A stretch of 64,000 nt of DNA, from NCBI GenBank assembly GCA_937965695.1, contig CALCKW010000007.1:7106-71105 (forward strand), in the 5' to 3' direction. The translations under genes were made by a program, and so were the position numbers. The DNA comes from an uncultured Granulosicoccaceae bacterium (lineage in GTDB: Bacteria > Pseudomonadota > Gammaproteobacteria > CALCKW01). Below the pieces are notes generated by a model. That model was not told the origin of the DNA and searched no databases. It saw only the letters and a list, made by a program, of their open reading frames with translations. Below, in pieces: positions 1 through 10,789 of the stretch. How positions within the stretch are numbered: the first letter of the stretch is position 1; every line of letters starts with the position of its first letter.

Positions 1-136
1 CGTTTAGTAGGCAGCACAGCTTCAATGCTGGAGACCGCTGACTCAAGCCTAGTTGTCACCAATTGTGAGTCGATTCACACAAGTCACTAGCAAGCACAGC
101 TGTGAGATACTCCAGCGCAGTAGTAGTGAGCCGTGT

Positions 137-553
137 CTAAGCGCCCAGCAGCGGTAAGTGCTTTCGCTGTTTGTAGGTCAAAGCCAAAGAAAGGCAGTGT
201 TTTAGAATTTCTGTGGGAATTTTCTGCCTGACAGAAAAAACGATTGCTCGGTTGCCATCAAAGTTCATCTCTTCTCCATACAGCTCTCTAAAGGTACTTA
301 TCAAGCTAGTTTGGCAATTGAACAAAACACAGTATTTTTCAGCAGAATCGGGCTTCCATCCAAGACGAATCGCGCTGCCTTTTGTCGCGATGAACGATGG
401 CTCCCCCCAACGAAGGCATTCTTGTAGTGTCGCCACTTGCATCTCATCGGCGACCTGCCTTATCAAGCCGCGAATCTCCAACAGGCGTTTAGAAACATCT
501 GGAGGAAAGTCAGCAAAAACATTTTCTACATTTTCATCGGTGACGCATTCCAT
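137..553 (-). CDS. DUF1801 (YdhG-like) domain protein
   Basis: 138 aa; 'ECLRWGEPSF', 'LFNCQTSLISTFRELY' and 'FDGNRAI' are typical DUF1801 signatures. Confidence 0.8.
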   Translation of the reverse strand: MECVTDENVENVFADFPPDVSKRLLEIRGLIRQVADEMQVATLQECLRWGEPSFIATKGSAIRLGWKPDSAEKYCVLFNCQTSLISTFRELYGEEMNFDGNRAIVFSVRQKIPTEILKHCLSLALTYKQRKHLPLLGA

Positions 554-589
554 CGCTCTACTCCAGAATCGATTAAAACATTGTGGATA

Positions 590-2251
590 TCATCCTGCCC
601 GCAATACCAAGACCAACCAGACAAAAACTCCTGCACCGCCTAACATCAGACTGATACTAGGCGTTGCTTCTCCTGCCAGCTGGGCAAACCCGGCTAAAAG
701 AGTAGCGGACAATACAGCCACTCCGGCACCCATAGCTAACAAACTACTGCGCTGTCCCTTGCCTTGTCGCGTGTTCTCCACGAGCTGCTGCAGTTGAGCG
801 CGTTGCACACCACCTACGTCTTGCTGTTGCTTTAACACCGTGTGAACAAGGCGCGGTAACTCTGGAAGTACTTCTCCCCAACCGGGCGCTTCATCGCGCA
901 ACCTTTTGCCCAATGCTCGGTGTCCCACTTGTTCAGACAACCATCGCTCAATCTGCGGCTTGGCTGTTTTCCAAAGATCCAGTTCGGGGTAAAGCACTCG
1001 GCCTAATCCTTCGATGTGCAGCATTGTTTTTTCAAGCAACACTAATTGCGGCTGTACCTGCATGTTGAATCTGCGGGCCGTCTGGAATAAACGTATAAGC
1101 ACTAAACCAAAAGAGATCTCCGCTAGGGGTTTTTCGAATATGGGCTCACAGACCGTACGAATAGCTGCCTCGAAATCTTCCACACGAGTATCTGCTGGCA
1201 CCCAACCTGTCTCAACATGCAACCGTGCCACCCTGGCGTAATCTCGGTGAAAAAAGGCGACGAGATTTTCTGCCAGATACCGCCGATCGCGCTCGGTCAG
1301 ACTGCCGACAATACCGAAGTCAACCGCGATATATTTAGGTTTATCCGGGTTGCTGACATCAATAAATATGTTGCCAGGGTGCATGTCAGCGTGGAAAAAA
1401 TTGTCTCTGAACACTTGAGTAAAAAAAACTTCAACTCCGCGCTCTGCCAAAGCCAACATATTTACATTCGCCGACTTAAGCGTAGCCATGTCCGAGACTT
1501 GTACGCCATAGATGCGCTCCATCACCAAGACATTCTGACGGGTATAATCCCAAAATATTTCTGGAACGTATAGATTTTCAGAGTCGACGAAATTGCGTCG
1601 TAGCTGCGCTGCATTTGCACCTTCTCGAACGAGATCCAACTCGTCGAAAATAGTTTTCTCAAACTCAGCCACGACCTCTACAGGTCGTAAACGTCGACCA
1701 TCAGGCCAATACTTTTCCGCCAGACGTGCAACGTGGTACATCAACCCTATGTCACGGCGGATTATTTTTTCCATGTCCGGCCGCAGCACTTTGACCACAA
1801 CTTCGCGCCCATCTTTTAGTGTCGCGGCATGGACCTGCGCTATCGACGCGGACGCCAATGGCTCACTCTCAAAACTGCCAAACGCCTCATCAACCGTCTG
1901 GCCCAGCGCATCTTCTATCAGAGTACGAGCTTGGGCGCTGTCAAAGGGAGTGACTTGATCTTGAAGCTTTGCCAGCTCATCAGCTATGTCGTCGGGTAAC
2001 AGGTCACGTCGTGTAGACAGCGTTTGCCCGAGTTTGACGAAGATAGGCCCTAAATCCTCCAGCGCACGGTGCACCCTAACAGCGCGAGGCAGAGCGCGCG
2101 TCTCGCGACTTAGAATACGATCGGGGGCAAACTTAAAGACCAAGCGAAGCGGCCATGCCGCCGGCGCTCGGAATAGCACATCGTCCAAGGCGTAACGAGC
2201 GAGTACGCGCTGGATTGACGCAAAGCGAATTGTCTCACCGACGATACTCAT
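590..2251 (-). CDS. ubiB: Ubiquinone biosynthesis regulatory kinase UbiB
   Basis: ABC1 kinase motifs '[18 protein letters not shown]', 'ASASIAQVH', '[10 protein letters not shown]', 'DFGIVG'; lies in a ubiE-ubiJ-ubiB operon. Confidence 0.97.
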   Translation of the reverse strand: MSIVGETIRFASIQRVLARYALDDVLFRAPAAWPLRLVFKFAPDRILSRETRALPRAVRVHRALEDLGPIFVKLGQTLSTRRDLLPDDIADELAKLQDQVTPFDSAQARTLIEDALGQTVDEAFGSFESEPLASASIAQVHAATLKDGREVVVKVLRPDMEKIIRRDIGLMYHVARLAEKYWPDGRRLRPVEVVAEFEKTIFDELDLVREGANAAQLRRNFVDSENLYVPEIFWDYTRQNVLVMERIYGVQVSDMATLKSANVNMLALAERGVEVFFTQVFRDNFFHADMHPGNIFIDVSNPDKPKYIAVDFGIVGSLTERDRRYLAENLVAFFHRDYARVARLHVETGWVPADTRVEDFEAAIRTVCEPIFEKPLAEISFGLVLIRLFQTARRFNMQVQPQLVLLEKTMLHIEGLGRVLYPELDLWKTAKPQIERWLSEQVGHRALGKRLRDEAPGWGEVLPELPRLVHTVLKQQQDVGGVQRAQLQQLVENTRQGKGQRSSLLAMGAGVAVLSATLLAGFAQLAGEATPSISLMLGGAGVFVWLVLVLRAG

Positions 2252-2844
2252 GACTCTGCTCGCTGCATGCGCACGGTTAAACGGTCTACGCGTTCTCGCA
2301 GTTGGTCAGCTTCCTGCTCCAATTCTCGCCACTCACTTTGGGTGACTAGAACTCGCGCCTCTTCTTGTAAGTACTCTCCTACATCTTCCGCACCCCGTTC
2401 GCGCGTCTGCGATATCCAAGCGCTTAGGCCCCTAGATGCGGTGCCGACTTTATGTGCCAGAGCGTCACCCATAAAGGGCGACAGTTGCTCTTCCCAATCA
2501 CTGGTAAGCACCACTAGCAGCTGTTGTACAAGCCGCGCTAGTTCCATATCGCCCTCTGCCTGCACGCGTCCGTCCAGCAGGGCGTCGTGAGCGGAATCAG
2601 CCAAAGCCATTAAAGCCGGGACATCGGCGCTAAGCTCTAGCTCAGGCTCGGCGTCAAAGTCACTTAGCAATTCAATGCCATTACACAAAATCGCAACGCG
2701 GATCGAGACACTGGGGTTTCGAAGCTCCAGTGCAACCACACCGCCATCACTGGCCGCCAAGAGCTGGAGTGCCTCAGCGTTTTTGCGGATAACTCCGTTG
2801 ATCGCGGCGTTAGCTACCACTGTGACTGGGAAGGGCAGTTGCAT
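2248..2844 (-). CDS. ubiJ: Ubiquinone biosynthesis accessory factor UbiJ (SCP2 domain)
   Basis: '[16 protein letters not shown]' and '[10 protein letters not shown]'; lies between ubiE and ubiB with overlapping stop/start codons. Confidence 0.92.
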   Translation of the reverse strand: MQLPFPVTVVANAAINGVIRKNAEALQLLAASDGGVVALELRNPSVSIRVAILCNGIELLSDFDAEPELELSADVPALMALADSAHDALLDGRVQAEGDMELARLVQQLLVVLTSDWEEQLSPFMGDALAHKVGTASRGLSAWISQTRERGAEDVGEYLQEEARVLVTQSEWRELEQEADQLRERVDRLTVRMQRAES

Positions 2845-3602
2845 CAGAGTTTAAAACCCTTATGCAGAGCAACGACACCCGCCGTTAGGTTGTGAAAAAC
2901 CACGCGCTCGAAGGCGACATCTCGCATCATTTTTGCGAGCGTTTCTTGGTCAGGATGTTTGCGAATAGACTCCGCGAGATAGCGGTAGCTCTCTGCATCA
3001 CCAGCGATAAACTTGCCCATCTCTGGCAGTATTTTAAAAGAGTACTGATCATAGATCGTTGCAAATCCTTTGACCGTCGGCTTGGAAAATTCCAACACCA
3101 ACAGACGGCCGCCAGGTTTTAGCACCCGGTACATACTGGCCAAAGCCTTGGATTTGTCGGTGACGTTGCGAAGACCAAATGCGATAGTGATGCAATCAAA
3201 AGTGTTGTCTGCAAATGGCAGTGCTTCAGCATTAACCTGCGCATACTGCAGGTTGCCTAAGATACCTTGATCGATAAGCTTGTCTCGCCCCACTCGCAGC
3301 ATTGAATCGTTAATATCGGCCAGAACGACTTGGCCCGTTGGCCCCACTCGACCTGAAAATTTTGCCGCTAGATCACCCGTGCCACCGGCAAGATCCAATA
3401 CCTTTTGACCTTTGCGTACACCGCTGTGCTGCAGCGTAAATGCTTTCCAAAGGCGATGCACACCAAAAGACATGACATCGTTCATCAAATCATACTTTCC
3501 GGCCACCGAGTGAAAGACATCGGCCACCATACCCGCCTTTTCGTCCGCTTTGACTTCCTGATAACCGAAGTGTGTTGTGTCTTGATTCTCGTTGACTGTC
3601 AT
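2844..3602 (-). CDS. ubiE: Ubiquinone/menaquinone C-methyltransferase UbiE
   Basis: '[30 protein letters not shown]' and SAM motif '[10 protein letters not shown]'; start moved to ATG 3602, which makes an ATGA overlap with the upstream stop. Confidence 0.97.
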   Translation of the reverse strand: MTVNENQDTTHFGYQEVKADEKAGMVADVFHSVAGKYDLMNDVMSFGVHRLWKAFTLQHSGVRKGQKVLDLAGGTGDLAAKFSGRVGPTGQVVLADINDSMLRVGRDKLIDQGILGNLQYAQVNAEALPFADNTFDCITIAFGLRNVTDKSKALASMYRVLKPGGRLLVLEFSKPTVKGFATIYDQYSFKILPEMGKFIAGDAESYRYLAESIRKHPDQETLAKMMRDVAFERVVFHNLTAGVVALHKGFKL

Positions 3603-3955
3603 CCGCTCACCCGCTGGTGTCCGGCCTCGGCCAGACGGCCAAGGTAGTCGGCCCAATTGGCCTCTTGTTTCTGGCCCAGCTCGTAGAGATAGTCCCAGCC
3701 ATAAATACCTGAATCGTGTCCGTCGTCAAAAACCAGCTTCACGCCGTAATTGCCGACGGGCTCCACAGCAGTGATGTTGACTTGTTCTTTGCCAACTTGC
3801 AGCACCTCTTGGCCGACACCATGACCTCGCACCTCTGCAGAGGGAGAATACACTCGTAAGTATTCGCAACTCAGCGTACAACTGGTGTCGTCGTCAAAGC
3901 CCAGTACAAGTTGGCGGCTGCTCTGTTGCAGTCGAATTTCGGTAGGTCGAGGCAT
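3599..3955 (-). CDS. DUF971 / gamma-butyrobetaine hydroxylase-like N-terminal domain protein
   Basis: '[16 protein letters not shown]' and '[19 protein letters not shown]'; usual neighbour of hslU and ubiE; start at MPRPTEI is likely. Confidence 0.9.
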   Translation of the reverse strand: MPRPTEIRLQQSSRQLVLGFDDDTSCTLSCEYLRVYSPSAEVRGHGVGQEVLQVGKEQVNITAVEPVGNYGVKLVFDDGHDSGIYGWDYLYELGQKQEANWADYLGRLAEAGHQRVSG

Positions 3956-4184
3956 GCGGGGCAACTCAGCTGTTAAAACGCCCATTCTACCAGCCAAGCG
4001 GGCAACGAGATACGCGCGATCGATCCTCCTGTTGATTGACGGGCCTCAGGAGCAAAGGTTCGCTTTTAGTTGACGGTGCAAATAAGTTAGCCCAGGAAAA
4101 ACCCTGTCTTTCAAGGGCGAGTGTCGTGCACCCGGGACAAGTCAAAGATCACGACAATAATCAGCTGGCAATGCATAGAAGGGA

Positions 4185-4209
4185 GACTGCCACAGGCGTG
4201 TGGCAGTCG
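4185..4209 (-). terminator. Hairpin downstream of the BLUF gene (probable terminator)
   Basis: gactgccac-aggcgt-gtggcagtc inverted repeat just past the BLUF stop codon. Confidence 0.5.
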
Positions 4210-4217
4210 AAGTGACC

Positions 4218-4673
4218 TCAACTAATTGAAGTGCGCCAGCGGCCATCTTTAAAGCCTTCGAGGACAGACTTCGCTCTACCTTCGTCTAAATTTTGGAAAC
4301 AGCTGCCTGACTTGAAAAAATTGTTTAGCCCTGAAATTTGATCCAAATCTTCGGTCTTAACTTCCGAATAGCCCATTGTCCACTCAGCGAAATCCCGAGA
4401 TTCAATCTCTTCATAGATGATTCTCACAACCCCATTATGGCGGCCATCGAGCTTGAGCTTTTCGAGCAGCGGGTTAACGATGTCGGGGTGACCTTCTAGC
4501 ACTTGAAAAAACGAGCCAGAGTCATACAGCAACATACCAGTCACACCTAACTTTTGGTTATTCTTTCTCGCGACTTCTAACAGCTTAAAGATGTCCTCCT
4601 TAGAGAACTCCACTGTGCTAACACTAGAATAAATGCAGTGGACAAGCGGTTCATTGGCTTCGACATCGTCCAT
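4218..4673 (-). CDS. Stand-alone BLUF blue-light sensor protein
   Basis: BLUF residues 'IYSS', 'ARKNNQKLGVTGMLLY', 'FFQVLEG', 'DGRH', 'RDFAEWTMG'; AGGAG RBS. Confidence 0.93.
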   Translation of the reverse strand: MDDVEANEPLVHCIYSSVSTVEFSKEDIFKLLEVARKNNQKLGVTGMLLYDSGSFFQVLEGHPDIVNPLLEKLKLDGRHNGVVRIIYEEIESRDFAEWTMGYSEVKTEDLDQISGLNNFFKSGSCFQNLDEGRAKSVLEGFKDGRWRTSIS

Positions 4674-5156
4674 ACTTTTCTCCTACAGAGTTTTGTTGAT
4701 ATTTGGTGTACATCAACCTCTGTGGACTTATGGATCTTGCGGTTGAACGGGTAAGCAGTTAAATAAACCGGCTGCCGCACTGCGCAGAGTTAATGTATGT
4801 ACACAGGCTAACGGCGAATGAAGAACAACCTAGAGCCGCAGAATTGCTAATCCTGTCCAAAATTAGGAAACGTGTAGCCTTGTGTTAAACAACACGACAT
4901 TCATCCTGAGACAGCCGCCAAAAACTTATTCACTGCATCCGCATGGTGTTTTTAAACCGAGATAGTTAGAGACTCGACGGAAATTGCAAAGTTTGTTCAT
5001 TCTGCAGTTCCGCAGTTGTCATTAATCGTGACAAACCGTAGCCTGACGATAAAATCGACTTAAAAATCTGCACTCAACTTTTTGTGCGGTCTGAACACAG
5101 AGCGATCAACGTCGCAAAACCGACAATATAGCGACATATCAGGGGGTATACTCCAA

Positions 5157-5320
5157 GGTCAGGTGCTGTGTACATCACAGATAATTGGGAAGTCGGTGTA
5201 AATCCGACGCTGCCCCCGCAACGGTAAACAGAGAAAGACTCTCATGCCACTGAGCTCAACGCTTGGGAAGGCGAGTCAACAGGTCATCGACCTCTCTCAA
5301 GCCCGGAAACCAGCCTGAAC
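5157..5320 (+). ncRNA. Cobalamin (B12) riboswitch
   Basis: Contains aggtgc...aattgggaagtcggtgtaaatccgacgctgcccccgcaacggtaa, gccactg...gggaaggc and the B12 box 'aagcccggaaaccagcctga'; P1 is tcaggt/gcctga; TATACT -10 at 5147-5152. Confidence 0.93.
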
Positions 5321-5436
5321 ACTCATCCGAAAAATCGCGGCGGGCGATGGATACGGGCTGTTGCTCTTGGCGACTCCTCATCACTACCCCTGCGACTTCT
5401 CGGTCTTTTGCGTATCAACAGTACGGGGTAAGCACC

Positions 5437-5709
5437 ATGTCTACGCACAAAACCATTCGCAGTAAACGTCGTCGCGCTGTTCAACTCGCTGGCTTAGACG
5501 AGCAACCTAAACCAAACTACGCACGTCCCTCAGCACACGATGCAATCTTTGCATGGCTCTTGTGGCTTCCCAGCGAAGCTGACCCGCGAAAAGAAGCGCT
5601 GCTGGAGCTGGATCGCTTAGCCGCACGCGGCGAATTGCCAGAGCAAGCGAAAGAGCTGCAAAATTTTCTGATAGAAATAGCGTCTAGCGAAGCCCCACCC
5701 ATCCGCTAG
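5437..5709 (+). CDS. Hypothetical 90-aa protein downstream of the B12 riboswitch
   Basis: ATG at 5437 preceded by GGGGT; basic N-terminus and helical 'AHDAIFAWLLWLPSEADP' core; the longer 5263 start would run through the riboswitch. Confidence 0.7.
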   Translation: MSTHKTIRSKRRRAVQLAGLDEQPKPNYARPSAHDAIFAWLLWLPSEADPRKEALLELDRLAARGELPEQAKELQNFLIEIASSEAPPIR

Positions 5710-5722
5710 ACCGCAATACACG

Positions 5723-5891
5723 CTAGGGAGCCTCATAATAAAGTCCGGTCAGTGACCTCAGCGTAAAAAACCTGGTCCCAGCAAGGCGCGAATCTAAAGC
5801 AAGTGTGATGCTATTGGCTAGATTTGCAACGCGGCTCGGCCGAATTTAGTACGTCGATGGTACGAGCATGGCTTGATCTGAGGGTCCTTAG
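5723..5891. mobile_element. MITE-like non-autonomous element, long copy (~169 bp)
   Basis: Ends ctagggagcctca... and ...tctgagggtccttag form an imperfect terminal inverted repeat; internal sequence is homologous to 16912-17005. Confidence 0.7.
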
Positions 5892-5905
5892 TTAAAGCCT
5901 GCCGC

Positions 5906-6895
5906 TTATCTGGCCGCAGGCATTTTACGAACATGGTGGAAAACGCCAAAAATGACATCCGCCATTTTACCGTAGTCCAGCCTGTCCGCCGTGTCGCTCA
6001 ATGTGTGATAAGCAAAGTTTCGATAGAAAGCCGTGTCTGTCACCATTACTGCTGATTTGCCGTGCGCCCAGAAATTTCGATGGTCCGAGAAATCGATACC
6101 AGGAACGGATCTTGGCGCATTTATCGAATAGACAGGCAGGCTTATTACTTCACTCATGCTCTTTTTTAAGCGTTGTGCCTGCATGGAAAAAATTTGATCG
6201 ACAATAGCAATGTAGTTCCCTGTTAAGGGATAGAGCAGCTTTAACAAGGGCATGGGGTAGGTCTGGCTTCCAGGCTCGTCAGAAAAATAACCAATCATCT
6301 CAAGCGAGATCATCAATTCTACATTTTTAGACTGCTCTGCCAAATATTTTGCAAACACGGCACTGCCCATATTTTCGCTGGCAAAGTACGGTGGCTCTTC
6401 AAGGCTAAAAGCCACCAACATGACGTGGACATTCAGTTTTTGGTTGGCAAGTAAACGCCCCAATTGCAATAGACCTACCACACCACTGGCGTTATCGTCA
6501 GCCGCCGGAAGAGGCCCGGCACTGTCATAGTGAGCACCAATAACAACCAACGGCGCGCCGACGGGTCCATATTCCGCTACAACATTTTTGTATTCCAATC
6601 CGTCAACACTGAAGTTTTGCTGCCAAACGGTACCGCCATGGTCACTAAAATAGTCCGCGACAAATTTAGCGAGCCGATTTAGATTCTCAGGGAAGTGGTG
6701 ACTTCTAGGGAAATAATCTTCTGACAGATGCCGAACCTGCTGTTCTAGTTCAACCACGTCAATGTGTTTGCTCGCATGGCCAAGCGCTACATGTGCCGGA
6801 CTAAATACTGGCCGAGCAACGACGTGCCAAAGCAATACAAGCGCGACTAGCACGATCACTGTAAAACGAAACATCCATTTTCTAATTATTTTCAC
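5906..6895 (-). CDS. M28 family zinc peptidase with N-terminal membrane anchor
   Basis: 'VIGAHYDS', 'ADDNASG', 'FSLEEPPYF', 'SLEMIGYF', 'SDH', 'YHTLSDT'. Confidence 0.9.
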   Translation of the reverse strand: MKIIRKWMFRFTVIVLVALVLLWHVVARPVFSPAHVALGHASKHIDVVELEQQVRHLSEDYFPRSHHFPENLNRLAKFVADYFSDHGGTVWQQNFSVDGLEYKNVVAEYGPVGAPLVVIGAHYDSAGPLPAADDNASGVVGLLQLGRLLANQKLNVHVMLVAFSLEEPPYFASENMGSAVFAKYLAEQSKNVELMISLEMIGYFSDEPGSQTYPMPLLKLLYPLTGNYIAIVDQIFSMQAQRLKKSMSEVISLPVYSINAPRSVPGIDFSDHRNFWAHGKSAVMVTDTAFYRNFAYHTLSDTADRLDYGKMADVIFGVFHHVRKMPAAR

Positions 6896-6987
6896 TTGAG
6901 CCTAGTCAAAGGAATACCACTTTATTTTACTCAAATAAATATCCTGCTACATGACATGTTCTATCAGATACAACCTATTTGAGGCAT

Positions 6988-7020
6988 AAAAAAACCCGCA
7001 CGGTTATTCACCCAGCGGGC
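6988..7020 (-). terminator. Rho-independent terminator after hslU
   Basis: Minus strand reads gcccgc...gcggg followed by a T7 run. Confidence 0.65.
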
Positions 7021-7044
7021 CTTAAGTGCAAAGTCTAAGTTAGA

Positions 7045-8367
7045 CTATAAAATGTAACGGCTCAGGTCCTCATCTTGTGCCAACTCGCCCAAGTTCTTGT
7101 CCACATAGTCGGCATCAATCACCACATCCTCGCCACTGCGGTCGGAGGCCGTAAAAGAAACTTCATCGAGCAACCTCTCCAGCAAAGTATGCAACCGACG
7201 GGCACCAATGTTGTCGGTAGATTCATTGACCTGCCATGCTATTTCGGCAACACGGCGAATAGCCGCATCGGCAAAACTGATTTTTACGCCTTCTGTCTGT
7301 AGGAGCGCTTCGTATTGCTGCTTTAAGGATGCATCGGGCTCATGCAATATACGCTCAAAATCGTCAACACTGAGAGCCTTCAGCTCTACCCTAATCGGCA
7401 ATCGACCCTGCAATTCGGGAATTAAATCCGAGGGTTTACACACGTGAAATGCACCAGAGGCGATAAACAGAATGTGGTCCGTATTAACCGTGCCAAATTT
7501 GGTTGTGACCGTACTACCCTCCACCAATGGCAGTAAGTCACGTTGCACACCCTCACGTGATACGTCTCCTCCACTGCCACCACCTGCGTCTGAGCGTCTG
7601 GCCACTTTGTCTATCTCATCAAGAAACACAATGCCGTTTTGCTCGACGTTTTCCACCGCCTTGCGCTTGATCTCATCTTCATCCACCAAGGAGCGGGCTT
7701 CTTCGTCAGCCAGCTGCTCCATCGCGTCGGCAATTCGCAACTTGCGCTTTTGCTTGTTGGCCTGACCCATATTGGAGAACATGCCCTGCAGCTGTTCAGC
7801 CATTTGTTCCATACCGGGCGGTGTCATAATTTCTACACCGGCGGGCTGAGCACTGACTTCTATTTCAATCTCTTTGTCATCTAAGTCCCCTTCGCGCAGT
7901 TTCTTGCGAAACTTCTGCCGGGTATCGGTATTGGGGGCTTCTTCGCCACGCGGGGGTGGCAATAAAATATCCAAAACTCGATCTTCTGCCGCATCAACCG
8001 CACGCGTGCGCACTCGGACTTTCTCCGACTCGCGTGACTCTTTGATAGCGACATCCACCAAGTCACGAATAATCGACTCGACATCCCGGCCCACATAACC
8101 AACTTCGGTAAATTTGGTCGCCTCTATTTTGATAAATGGAGCCTGCGCTAACTTGGCTAGGCGTCTGGCGATTTCGGTTTTACCCACACCCGTTGGACCG
8201 ATCATCAATATGTTTTTGGGGGTGATTTCACTGCGCAACGGTTCGTCTATTTGCTGACGGCGCCATCGATTGCGCAATGCAATAGCCACAGAGCGCTTGG
8301 CATCGTGTTGGCCAACAATGTGTTTATCCAGTTCTTGGACAATTTCACGTGGGGTCATGTGCGACAT
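7045..8367 (-). CDS. hslU: ATP-dependent protease ATPase subunit HslU
   Basis: '[17 protein letters not shown]', Walker A 'GPTGVGKT', 'GYVG' pore loop, C-terminal 'DLSRYIL'. Confidence 0.99.
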   Translation of the reverse strand: MSHMTPREIVQELDKHIVGQHDAKRSVAIALRNRWRRQQIDEPLRSEITPKNILMIGPTGVGKTEIARRLAKLAQAPFIKIEATKFTEVGYVGRDVESIIRDLVDVAIKESRESEKVRVRTRAVDAAEDRVLDILLPPPRGEEAPNTDTRQKFRKKLREGDLDDKEIEIEVSAQPAGVEIMTPPGMEQMAEQLQGMFSNMGQANKQKRKLRIADAMEQLADEEARSLVDEDEIKRKAVENVEQNGIVFLDEIDKVARRSDAGGGSGGDVSREGVQRDLLPLVEGSTVTTKFGTVNTDHILFIASGAFHVCKPSDLIPELQGRLPIRVELKALSVDDFERILHEPDASLKQQYEALLQTEGVKISFADAAIRRVAEIAWQVNESTDNIGARRLHTLLERLLDEVSFTASDRSGEDVVIDADYVDKNLGELAQDEDLSRYIL

Positions 8368-8386
8368 GCTTTGAGTGCTCCAGCCT

Positions 8387-8926
8387 TCAGTAATCGAGAG
8401 TTTCGATGTTGAGATTTTTATTGGTGTAAATGCAGATATCCGCTGCGATATTCAAACTTGCCTCAGCGATCTCTTGAGCACTCATCTCCGTGTGATCAAA
8501 CAGACCGCGAGCAGCAGCTTGCGCAAACGGACCGCCAGAACCAATGGCTATCAATCCATGCTCTGGCTCTATCACATCTCCATTGCCTGAAATAATCAGC
8601 GATGCGGTATGATCGGCAACGGCCAAAAGCGCTTCTAACTTGCGTAGCACTCGGTCGGTACGCCAGTCCTTTGCCATCTCGACCGCGGCACGAGTGAGTT
8701 GACCTCCGTGCGCCTCCAGTTTCGCTTCAAATCGTTCAAACAGCGTGAATGCGTCGGCAGTGCCGCCTGCAAAACCGGCCAAAACTTTGCCTTTATACAG
8801 ACGCCTGACCTTACAGGCGTTACCTTTCATGACGGTATTCCCCAAGGTCACCTGACCGTCGGCGCCGATAACCACTTGATTACCGCGGCGAACGCCGACA
8901 ACCGTGGTTCCTCTAAATTGTTCCAC
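8387..8926 (-). CDS. hslV: ATP-dependent protease peptidase subunit HslV
   Basis: 'GTTVVGVRR', 'DGQVTLG', 'GFAGGTADA', 'IGSGG'; GTG start at 8926 behind GGAGA is likely. Confidence 0.98.
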   Translation of the reverse strand: MEQFRGTTVVGVRRGNQVVIGADGQVTLGNTVMKGNACKVRRLYKGKVLAGFAGGTADAFTLFERFEAKLEAHGGQLTRAAVEMAKDWRTDRVLRKLEALLAVADHTASLIISGNGDVIEPEHGLIAIGSGGPFAQAAARGLFDHTEMSAQEIAEASLNIAADICIYTNKNLNIETLDY

Positions 8927-9205
8927 GCGTGTTTCTCCGTGCATTGTTCACATTTTGACTCTGCCACTCGATGTACCATATGGCTGCAGAGACTTGAGAT
9001 CTACTTGACTAAATATGCCCTAAACCACGATTGTAGCCGGACAGTTAAAAATTAGTTGAATTCGCCTTGGCCCAATCACCAGAAAACAGTAAATCGTATC
9101 TATGACCTTGATTAATAACAGCTTATGGCGATTTGGTACGCCGCATGGCTTGCGACAGAGGCTAACAATGCCCTGTGTGCAGTCAGCTGTAGAAGGTAAC
9201 TGGGT

Positions 9206-10783
9206 ATGAACCTTGCCAAAAGCAAGTATTGGTTGCGTCTGGCAGCCTGGTTTAAGAAGGACAAGGCAATCGTCACCACCGCTGAGAGACACGACACTGC
9301 GCTGATCATACCGCGCAGACGACCTGCACCCAAGAAAGCCCTGCCCGCCACGGCTGCGGCTTGGTCTAAATGGATTCACGGCCTAGAACGCCTGCCCACG
9401 GGTGAGCGTGCGCGTTCGCTAAGTCAGCAGATCAAATTGTTCAACCGCTCCGAGTGCAAACCCGACGCACGATTGGCTGTGGCGAACAAGCTGCAAAGTT
9501 TCTGGCAAGAACGCCTCGGCGATCTCCTGCCAGTGTTTACTGCACAAGACTCTCCGATGACCGCAAATGCGGCACGCGCTTATCACGAATCTCTGAGCAT
9601 GCTGACGGAGCAAAGCTATTGCTTCATGGCCGCATTAGACGACGATGCCAGCCACAATCTATTGACCGATGTACAACGCACCTGGGCTTGCCTAGGCGGT
9701 ATTCGAGCGTTGCGCCAGAAAATAGAAATCTTATTAGACCGCTATCACACTATCCCTGTTGGTTTACTCGGCGATCTTTACAGCCTTTATCGGCTAGCAC
9801 GAAGAGGTGGTTACAACAATTTGCAGCTCAAAAACCACCCCGAGACTGTTGAACATGCCTTCAAACATGCTTTGATGCTGACAGTGGTTGACGCTTGGGG
9901 ATTGCGTCAGGGAGAACTTCGACGCTACAGTGAAAAATTACAACTCTGGTGCAAGGATGTCAGTTTACGCGACCGAGCCAACAAAAGCGGTACCGGCTGC
10001 TACGCCGTAGACCTAAACAGCGACAGCTTACCCGCCGCCTATGAGTTTAGCGACGTTGACCCAAACATTTTTTGGTTAGACACCAGCGAGTTACTCTCTC
10101 AATTGCAAATGAGTTGCGACAGTGCCGTGCGATCTGATGCCGATTCAGAAGCACCTCGCAGCCTTAGCACCGCGACACTAAATCACCTGCACCGCACCTG
10201 GCTGTCTCGACCAGTACGTATGAGCGCACGCGCGCACCGTGCAGATGCGGCTGCGCTTGAGATTGGTTTGAAAGACATTCACAGCCGAATGGAGCACGGT
10301 GTTCGATTTGGATTGCCGCCTAATCCAGAGTGGCAACTCAACAATCAAAGTACCGAAGGCCTAGGACTGATAAAAACTCGCGACACGGCACTACCGCTTC
10401 ATGTAGGAGAACTCGTCGCGGTCAGCGGCCTTAGCCGTGATGGAGGCAACTCAGTTCTACGCATTGGCACCACGCAGTGGTTGCGCTATGACATCGCCGG
10501 AGATCTGCGTTGCGGCATACACCTGATTGCTAATAATGCTCGACCCGTTATCGTCAGCCACAGCGTAGACGGTAGCGAGAACGCCCGCGTCAGCCATGAG
10601 TGCTTGTATGTCTCACCCGAACCCGGAATGGCTTACGCCACATTGATTGCCCCACCGCGTGATTTTGCGGCGGGACAAGTTATCGCTCTGCACCATAACG
10701 GACGAGCGGGAAAAAAATGGCGCCTGACCAGCCAGACACGCCACACAAATTCAGTCGCGTGTTATCGCATGGAACCCATTTAA
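9206..10783 (+). CDS. FimW-like protein with C-terminal PilZ-like motifs (putative c-di-GMP receptor)
   Basis: 525 aa; helical N-terminal domain, then RxxxR ('RMSAR') and N-x-S-x-x-G ('NQSTEG') followed by a beta-rich region; architecture resembles Pseudomonas FimW. Confidence 0.6.
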   Translation: MNLAKSKYWLRLAAWFKKDKAIVTTAERHDTALIIPRRRPAPKKALPATAAAWSKWIHGLERLPTGERARSLSQQIKLFNRSECKPDARLAVANKLQSFWQERLGDLLPVFTAQDSPMTANAARAYHESLSMLTEQSYCFMAALDDDASHNLLTDVQRTWACLGGIRALRQKIEILLDRYHTIPVGLLGDLYSLYRLARRGGYNNLQLKNHPETVEHAFKHALMLTVVDAWGLRQGELRRYSEKLQLWCKDVSLRDRANKSGTGCYAVDLNSDSLPAAYEFSDVDPNIFWLDTSELLSQLQMSCDSAVRSDADSEAPRSLSTATLNHLHRTWLSRPVRMSARAHRADAAALEIGLKDIHSRMEHGVRFGLPPNPEWQLNNQSTEGLGLIKTRDTALPLHVGELVAVSGLSRDGGNSVLRIGTTQWLRYDIAGDLRCGIHLIANNARPVIVSHSVDGSENARVSHECLYVSPEPGMAYATLIAPPRDFAAGQVIALHHNGRAGKKWRLTSQTRHTNSVACYRMEPI

Positions 10784-10789
10784 AGCCGG

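Noticed and set aside
1-136. Possible 5' end of a minus-strand gene at the window edge
   Set aside because: Too short to support; no recognisable motif.
4700-4805. TGTACA hexamers upstream of BLUF as LitR/CarH-type operators
   Set aside because: They are single, widely spaced half-sites, and no such regulator is in the window.
5113-5146. Possible NrdR boxes (gacaatatag, cgacatatcag) upstream of the B12 riboswitch
   Set aside because: Each has several mismatches to acaCwAtATaTwGtg, the spacing is not the usual tandem arrangement, and no nrd gene follows. It would only matter if the ORF proves to be an RNR operon remnant.
5263-5436. N-terminal extension of the 148-aa ORF
   Set aside because: It runs through the riboswitch and its expression platform; the ATG at 5437 has the RBS.
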